DNA of 63,991 nucleotides, filler included. It is 8 parts of 8 records of this genome, joined end to end, with 100 filler letters (N's around TTAATTAATTAA, not from the genome) between each part and the next. Parts side by side here need not be neighbours in the genome. Positions count along the whole stretch, not along the records: positions 51,084 to 58,825 come from SRR31156797_10774; positions 58,926 to 63,991 come from SRR31156797_11118; 6 more parts are not named here. One strand, given 5' to 3'. A program made the translations under genes and the position numbers. Below the pieces are notes generated by a model that saw nothing but the letters and a program-made list of their open reading frames with translations, was not told where the DNA came from and did no database searches. Positions 58,094 through 63,991 of the stretch are shown here, piece by piece. The first letter of the stretch is position 1. Every line of letters starts with the position of its first letter.

Positions 58094-58825
58094 TCAACAT
58101 ATTCTTGGTAACTGATCACCGGTCAGCATATCAATTATACGTTTCCCCCCAATTTGTGTTTGCATTACCACTTTACCCGGATGTTCATCAACTACTTCTC
58201 CTATTATTTGAGCCTCCTTCCCAAGTTCATTTTTCCGCAAAGTCTCCAGCACTTTCGTGGTCAATATTTCGGGTACAATCATTACTACTTTTCCTTCGTT
58301 TGCCACATACAAGGGATCAAATCCAAAAAACTCACACATTCCGCGCACGCTTTCCCGAACCGGAATTTTATCTTCTTCCAGATGGATTCCAAATTTCTTT
58401 TTATGTATAATCTCAGTTAAAACTGTTGCCAATCCACCACGGGTGGCATCGCGCATAAATCTTACATCGCTCGCAACCGATAAAACCTCCTGGATCAATT
58501 GATTTAACGATGCACAATCTGACAACACATCTGCCCGAACTTTCAACTCATTACGTGCACTCATTACAGCAATTCCATGATCGGCAATCAATCCATTTAC
58601 CAAAATTTTATCTCCTGGCTGGATATTTATTCCTGAGATTATATTCCTGTATTTCGAATCCAGCTGACCAATTCCGGTTGTATTAATAAAAAGTTTATCG
58701 CATTTACCCCGGTTTACAACTTTGGTATCGCCGGTAACAATCTTAACATCTGCCAATTGAGCGGCCTCTGCCATACTTCCCACAATTCGTTCTAAAACCG
58801 ACAATTCCAGTCCTTCTTCAATAAT
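58094..58825 (-). CDS. hypE: Hydrogenase maturation protein HypE, 5'-truncated
   Basis: TGDTKVV, MRDATRGG, ANEGK and C-terminal PRIC motifs. Confidence 0.96.
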   Translation of the reverse strand: MIEEGLELSVLERIVGSMAEAAQLADVKIVTGDTKVVNRGKCDKLFINTTGIGQLDSKYRNIISGINIQPGDKILVNGLIADHGIAVMSARNELKVRADVLSDCASLNQLIQEVLSVASDVRFMRDATRGGLATVLTEIIHKKKFGIHLEEDKIPVRESVRGMCEFFGFDPLYVANEGKVVMIVPEILTTKVLETLRKNELGKEAQIIGEVVDEHPGKVVMQTQIGGKRIIDMLTGDQLPRIC

Positions 58826-58925
58826 NNNNNNNNNNNNNNNNNNNNNNNNNNNNNNNNNNNNNNNNNNNNTTAATTAATTAANNNNNNNNNNNNNNNNNNN
58901 NNNNNNNNNNNNNNNNNNNNNNNNN
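58826..58925. other. Artificial contig linker
   Basis: N/TTAATTAATTAA/N spacer. Confidence 0.98.
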
Positions 58926-59921
58926 GCGTTTTCCTCTCGAATCGAAAGTAACTTTAATTGGTGCTGTTTCGCCAGCGCCAATAACTTTTGTCGATGGTGC
59001 AACTGCTGTGCATCCGCATGATGAACGTACGTTACGAATAATTAATTCTGATTTGCCATCATTACTCAACATAAAAGTGTGTTCTTTTTTATCGCCCTGT
59101 TTCATCTCACCAAAATCGAATGTTTTTTCGGTGAAATTGGCAACTGGTGCATTTGCCATTTGCTCTGCAGTTAACTGAGAAAAATCTTCAGAAATTGTTG
59201 CACTACAACCAATTGAGCTTTTATAATCGTTACTACCGTTTAACGACAAATAAATTCTGTTTGAAGAAAATCCATATGTATTTATTTCATTTGCATTAAA
59301 GGTTACAATTAGTTTACCAGTGCTGTGAGCAGGAATTGTTTCAGGTTCTACTTTTGCATCTAAATGTTTTGGAACGGTACGGAAACCAACTTTTATTGGC
59401 TCGTCAGTATCATTTACTAAATCCAATTCATTGGTCTTTGTTTCGTTCTCTGTCATTTTCGAGAAAGAAATATGGTTTGTTTTAACCCTTAAATCACCAA
59501 CTTTCCTTGGGTATTTTTCGGCCAACGTTTTTTCACGTTGAGCAACTTGCCCTTTAATTCTTAAAACCACAGTTGAATTTTGGGCATTCGATTGTATAGT
59601 TACCGACTTATTAAAAGAACCGGGCCGGTTTTTAGGATTATAACTTACCTGAATTTCTCCTTCACCACCAGGCGCAACAGGATCGCGAGTCCATTTTGGT
59701 GTTGTGCAACCACACGACGCACGTACATTATTTAAAACCAGCGGTACCGAACCTTCATTTTTAAATTTAAAGGCGGTTGTTTGTGTTCCATCAGCTTCTT
59801 TAAAGGAGCCAAAGTCGTGTTCCAGGTTCTCAAAAACAATTTTTGATTTTTCCTGTGCGTAGCCTGCAGAGAAAACTGCCACCAACGCAAAAACTGAAAT
59901 AATTTGTAAAATTCGTTTCAT
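58926..59921 (-). CDS. DUF1573 Ig-like repeat protein, 3'-truncated
   Basis: Signal peptide; two DFG...SCGCT domains. Confidence 0.88.
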
Positions 59922-60020
59922 TATTTTTATATTTTAATCTGTTTGATGTATACTTTTATCAAATGTATGAACAAATGTATTAATGCATTTTTAAAAATGT
60001 GTAAACTGTTCCTAATATTT

Positions 60021-60045
60021 TGTTAACGAAGTGTTAACAATTAAC
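60021..60045. promoter_or_regulatory. Candidate OmpR-family binding direct repeat
   Basis: TGTTAAC at 60021 and 60032 (11-bp period) plus TTAAC at 60041, between divergent genes. Confidence 0.45.
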
Positions 60046-60081
60046 AGGAATTAAAAATTTGATTAGTTTAGCACTAAATCA

Positions 60082-61353
60082 ATGGGTTATATGAAAGGGA
60101 AAGCATTAAAATATATCATTTTTCTGGCAACAATTTCTATTGCCGGGGTACTTCTTATTCAGTTTGTTTTCCTCCGTAATTCATACAATTTTTCAGAAAA
60201 CCAGTTTAGAGAAAGCACAACAGTTGCATTAAAGGAAGTAGCCTGGCAACTTTTACAGGAATCGGGGAACACCGCCAATTTCGATAGCATTACACCGGTA
60301 GAAATAGTATCGAACAATTCGTATCGTGTTTACGTGCAAGCTTTCGACAAAGAGCAGCTTAAACAACTTTTAATTGAAGAATTAAAATCTCATGAGATTT
60401 ATGCTCAGTTTGAATATGCTATTTTTAATCCTGAAACGGAACAAATGGGCGAAAGTATTTTAATTACTACCGATTTAGAAGAAAAACCATCTTTTTTCAA
60501 TTTCCCGTTGAGTGAAAAATGTTCGAACTATTTCAGTGTTCATTTCCCCGACCGATCTTCTTATTTTAATGAACAACTTTCGATCTGGTACTTTTTCACC
60601 GCTCTTTTAATCATTGTATTGTTCTTTTTTGGATATACACTTTCGGTTATCATTAAACAACGTCAGCTTTCAGAAATACAAAAGAATTTTATAAACAACC
60701 TTACACACGAACTTAAAACTCCCATTTCTTCAATTGCACTGGCATCGAAAGTAATAAACGAAGAAAAAATATTGGATTCGCCAAAACGATTATTTAATTA
60801 CACCCGAATTATTCAGGAACAAAACAACCGGTTATCAAAAAATGTGGAGAAGGTTTTGAACCTGGCATCACTCGAAAAAAACAGGATAAAATTGAACCTC
60901 GAAGAGATTAATTTAATTGATTTTCTAAAAGAGACAACCGAGCATTTCAAACAATCGGATTTTGGGCAAAAAGCAAAAATTGAAGAGTTATTTAATGGTT
61001 TCGATGCGGTTATTTTGGCCGATAAATTTCACTTCTCAAATCTAATTGTAAATATTCTGGAAAATGGTGTGAAGTATTGCGAAACAAAACCATTTATACG
61101 AATTGAACTCGATAAGAAGAAAAAAGGATTTGAATTAAAATTTATTGATAACGGAATTGGAATTCCTAAAGAACACCGAAAAAAAATATTTAAAAAATTC
61201 TACCGAATCCCCACCGGGAACGTTCATAATGTGAAAGGATTTGGTCTTGGGCTCGACTATGTTTATAAAATTGTTAAGGCTCAGGGCTGGAAGATTGAAG
61301 TTGATGAGAATCCTGGAGGTGGTAGTATATTCACACTTACAATACACAATTAA
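60082..61353 (+). CDS. Sensor histidine kinase
   Basis: Two TM segments; THELKTP H-box; N-box; DNGIGI and GFGLGL motifs. Confidence 0.95.
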   Translation: MGYMKGKALKYIIFLATISIAGVLLIQFVFLRNSYNFSENQFRESTTVALKEVAWQLLQESGNTANFDSITPVEIVSNNSYRVYVQAFDKEQLKQLLIEELKSHEIYAQFEYAIFNPETEQMGESILITTDLEEKPSFFNFPLSEKCSNYFSVHFPDRSSYFNEQLSIWYFFTALLIIVLFFFGYTLSVIIKQRQLSEIQKNFINNLTHELKTPISSIALASKVINEEKILDSPKRLFNYTRIIQEQNNRLSKNVEKVLNLASLEKNRIKLNLEEINLIDFLKETTEHFKQSDFGQKAKIEELFNGFDAVILADKFHFSNLIVNILENGVKYCETKPFIRIELDKKKKGFELKFIDNGIGIPKEHRKKIFKKFYRIPTGNVHNVKGFGLGLDYVYKIVKAQGWKIEVDENPGGGSIFTLTIHN

Positions 61354-61356
61354 AAA

Positions 61357-62067
61357 ATGAACGAAACGGGCTATAAAATCCTTTTGGTTGAAGATGATGA
61401 CTCATTGCGGTTTATTGTGCAAGACAACCTGGAACAAAAAGATTTTCATGTTTTGGTTGCCGAAGATGGTGAAAAAGCACTTGATATTTTCAACAACAAT
61501 AAATTCGATTTAATTATTTTAGACGTAATGCTACCAAAAATAGATGGTTTTCAGGTAGCACAAATCATTCGAAAAAAAGACGAAGATATTCCTATTATTT
61601 TTCTTACAGCCCGCTCCATGACTGAAGACAAAATAAAGGGTTTAACCATTGGTGGCGACGATTATATCCCCAAACCGTTCAGTATGGAAGAACTTCTTCT
61701 TAAAATCAGAATATTTCTAAGAAGAAGCCAGGCACAGCCTTTGGCAAATGAAAAATCGCCGGAAAACATTACCATCGGGACTTTTAATTTTAAACCCGAG
61801 GAATTAACACTTTCAACCAATAACGAGATTCGGAATTTAACGCTAAAAGAAGCTGAATTAATTAAATACTTTGCTGAAAATTCGAATAAGGTGTTAAGCC
61901 GAAACGATATTCTAGAAAAAGTATGGGGCTCGAACGATTATTTCCTGGGCCGAAGCCTAGACGTATTTATTTCCCGTCTTCGAAAATATTTTAAACCCGA
62001 TCCTAATATAAAAATTACTAATTTGCACGGCATAGGATTTCGTTTTTCAGTAAAAAAAGAAAGCTAA
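61357..62067 (+). CDS. OmpR family response regulator
   Basis: LLVEDD, LDVMLP and KPF motifs; winged helix RSLDVFISRLRK. Confidence 0.95.
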   Translation: MNETGYKILLVEDDDSLRFIVQDNLEQKDFHVLVAEDGEKALDIFNNNKFDLIILDVMLPKIDGFQVAQIIRKKDEDIPIIFLTARSMTEDKIKGLTIGGDDYIPKPFSMEELLLKIRIFLRRSQAQPLANEKSPENITIGTFNFKPEELTLSTNNEIRNLTLKEAELIKYFAENSNKVLSRNDILEKVWGSNDYFLGRSLDVFISRLRKYFKPDPNIKITNLHGIGFRFSVKKES

Positions 62068-62078
62068 ATAAAATTATT

Positions 62079-62447
62079 ATGAGTGCGTATCAAATAATAA
62101 TATTAATAATAATCGGATTACTTTCGGGGCTGCTTGCCGGTGTTTTTGGTGTAGGTGGTGCTATTATTGTAATTCCGGCATTAGTTTTTATACTTGGATT
62201 AACACAACATCAGGCACAGGGAACCAGCCTTGCTTTTATGTTGCCTCCGGTAGGAATACTGGCTACCTGGAATTACTGGAAAGCAGGGCATGTTAACTGG
62301 AAATTTGCTCTCATTTTATCGCTCACCTTTGTGGTGGGGGCCTATTTAGGATCGCAATTTTCAATAAATATTTCCGATAAAATGTTGCGTAAGGTATTTG
62401 GGATTTTATTGCTTGCTATGGCAATAAAAATGATATTTTCGAAATAA
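62079..62447 (+). CDS. TauE/SafE (TSUP) family membrane protein, half-size
   Basis: GVFGVGGA..IPAL and AQGTSL motifs; about four TM segments. Confidence 0.85.
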   Translation: MSAYQIIILIIIGLLSGLLAGVFGVGGAIIVIPALVFILGLTQHQAQGTSLAFMLPPVGILATWNYWKAGHVNWKFALILSLTFVVGAYLGSQFSINISDKMLRKVFGILLLAMAIKMIFSK

Positions 62448-62578
62448 TATTACTGCCTACAAAAAGTTCATTCCGTTAAAAGACATAAAAAAGAGCAATA
62501 GTTTTTGGAAGAAATAAAAAAACAACTATTTTTGCAGTCCGAAAAATAATTGGGTAAACGCGTAAAAATTAAATAGAA

Positions 62579-62737
62579 ATGAAAAGAACATTTCAACCAT
62601 CTAACAGAAAAAGAAAGAATAAGCACGGTTTCCGGGAAAGAATGTCTACCGTAAACGGAAGAAAAGTTTTAAAATCTCGTCGTGCAAAAGGAAGAAAAAG
62701 ATTGACCGTTTCAGACGAGCCAAGACACAAAAGATAG
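62579..62737 (+). CDS. rpmH: 50S ribosomal protein L34
   Basis: Not in the ORF track. Manual translation [60 protein letters not shown] -7 element at 62527. Confidence 0.98.
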   Translation: MKRTFQPSNRKRKNKHGFRERMSTVNGRKVLKSRRAKGRKRLTVSDEPRHKR

Positions 62738-62757
62738 TTTTAGCTCAACAAGTTATA

Positions 62758-62798
62758 ACGAGAAGGTAAGGAATTCAGTTCTTTACCTTTTCGTGTTT
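62758..62798 (+). terminator. Probable terminator after rpmH
   Basis: ACGAGAAGGTAAGGAA...TTCTTTACCTTTTCGT hairpin with G-U pairs. Confidence 0.6.
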
Positions 62799-63014
62799 AT
62801 AGGTATCTTTCATTTCGATGATTCGAATACACCAATGATTGAATTAAACTGACGCACCTTTTACTTCCGGTAAAAGCTGTAAAAATCTCATCGTTAGCAA
62901 ATACCGAAAATTAAATCCTATAATCAAAAAAATAATCGTTTTTCTGAATAAACGCTTCCGGCATACTATTTTTGAATTATTTTTGTTCTTTTATAGATTG
63001 AACGAATTTGAATT

Positions 63015-63821
63015 ATGAGTTTTAAAAAATTCCTTTTAAGCCGTGTTTTTTTGAAGCAACTGCTATTTGCAATAATACTTGCCACTGTCTTAATTATTGT
63101 AATTATGCAGAGCTTAAAATTATACACCCATCATGGCAAGTCGATTCCGGTTCCTGATTTTACAGGCCAGTCAACAAATGAAGCTATGCAAACGGCACTA
63201 ACGAATTCTGTTCGTGTCGAGATTATAGATTCAGTATACATGAACGATGCTCTTCCGGGAGTAGTGGTTGATCAAATTCCGGAAGCTGGTTTTAAAGTAA
63301 AAGAAAACCGAATGGTTTTTTTAACAACAAATGCAAACTCACCGGAACAAGTTGTTTTACCAAAACTCACCGACATTTCCTTCCGGCAAGCACAGGTTTT
63401 AATAGAAAACGGAGGACTTCAAATGGGTAATATTTCTTACCTCCCATCAGAATATAACGACTTGGTTCTTCATGTTCAGATTGATTCTGTTGATGTTTTC
63501 CCAGGAGAAAGAGTAGCGAGAAACACACCTGTCGATCTTATTATTGGTCGCACTCACGGTAACTCTTCAACAACATTACCTAACCTTATTGGATTAAAAA
63601 TTGCCGATGCAAGTAACTTATTAAAAGATGCTATGCTAAACCAAGGAGTTTTAATCTACGATGAAACGATTATTACTTCGGAAGATTCTCTAAATGCCAA
63701 AGTTTGGCGACAACGTCCTTCAACAAAAATATCGTCGACAATAAACTTAGGCTCATCTGTTGATATTTGGGCAACCGTTGACACATTAAAAATCAGCGAT
63801 TCAGCCGATTTGAATTTTTAA
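63015..63821 (+). CDS. PASTA domain-containing membrane protein
   Basis: N-terminal TM; three PASTA repeats (VPDFTG, LPKLTD, LPNLIG). Confidence 0.9.
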   Translation: MSFKKFLLSRVFLKQLLFAIILATVLIIVIMQSLKLYTHHGKSIPVPDFTGQSTNEAMQTALTNSVRVEIIDSVYMNDALPGVVVDQIPEAGFKVKENRMVFLTTNANSPEQVVLPKLTDISFRQAQVLIENGGLQMGNISYLPSEYNDLVLHVQIDSVDVFPGERVARNTPVDLIIGRTHGNSSTTLPNLIGLKIADASNLLKDAMLNQGVLIYDETIITSEDSLNAKVWRQRPSTKISSTINLGSSVDIWATVDTLKISDSADLNF

Positions 63822-63829
63822 AATCCAAT

Positions 63830-63991
63830 ATGGAAGAAATTATAAAGGAAAATGAAGAATTGGAAGAAAGTGGTTTATTTGAACATTACCGCTTAACTGT
63901 TGATGCCGGGCAGAAGGCGTTACGTATCGACAAATTCTTATCAAATCGAATTGAAAATGCCTCAAGAAGCCGTATTCAGGCAGCTGCCGAT
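63830..63991 (+). CDS. RluA/RluD family pseudouridine synthase, 5' fragment
   Basis: Manual translation MEEIIKE...LFEHYRLTVDAGQKALRIDKFLSNRIENASRSRIQAAAD (start of S4 domain); usual position after the PASTA gene. Confidence 0.85.
   Translation, partial: MEEIIKENEELEESGLFEHYRLTVDAGQKALRIDKFLSNRIENASRSRIQAAAD

Noticed and set aside
58038-58100. SECIS-like hairpin after the hypE TGA, and a 21-aa N-terminal extension of HypA
   Set aside because: HypE needs its terminal PRIC cysteine free, and read-through would hit a stop 10 codons later. HypA binds nickel through an N-terminal MHE, so ATG 58037 is the start.
15083-58925. Seven identical TTAATTAATTAA motifs within N-runs as a biological repeat, and gene neighbourhoods across them
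   Set aside because: These are artificial linkers with stops in all frames. Composition shifts and truncated genes show separate contigs, so larC and hypAB, or the CrtW-like gene and the polyprenyl synthase, are not linked.
62579-63014. rpmH not followed by rnpA/yidC
   Set aside because: The rpmH-PASTA-RluA order is, as I recall, ordinary in Bacteroidota.

Overview
This window is not one locus. It is eight assembly fragments joined by artificial 100-nt linkers (N-run + TTAATTAATTAA + N-run): 1-15082, 15183-24066, 24167-31959, 32060-37272, 37373-44113, 44214-50983, 51084-58825 and 58926-63991. Fragments 1-2 are very AT-rich with strong Shine-Dalgarno sites and may come from one genome. Fragment 3 is GC-richer and Desulfobacterota-like. 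Fragment 4 is an unassigned housekeeping operon. Fragments 5-8 look Bacteroidota-like (T9SS C-terminal domains in 5-6, TAnnTTTG promoters); all taxonomy here is inference. Most content is housekeeping: lon, larC, mutY, radC, pepD, hypABE, rpmH, transporters and peptidases. The best novelty candidate is a co-oriented putative defence/mobile island at 1-7474. It holds a HEPN-like protein, a two-TM protein, a ~1380-aa Cap4/Mrr-like nuclease-STAND ATPase with a long unrecognised C-terminal region, an MNT-HEPN fusion with an Rpn-like tail, and a REP-associated HUH transposase (missing from the ORF track) with a GTAG REP hairpin in frame inside its gene. Other notable items are a structured 1-kb intergenic region (tandem promoters, a G-U hairpin, duplicated mini-ORFs), a MerR-type promoter on a DNA alkylation repair gene, an ABC exporter-S41 peptidase operon, and a CrtW-like gene bracketed by 73-bp terminator+palindrome repeats. 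No rRNA, tRNA or CRISPR array was seen. All calls come from reading motifs by eye; no database searches were run.
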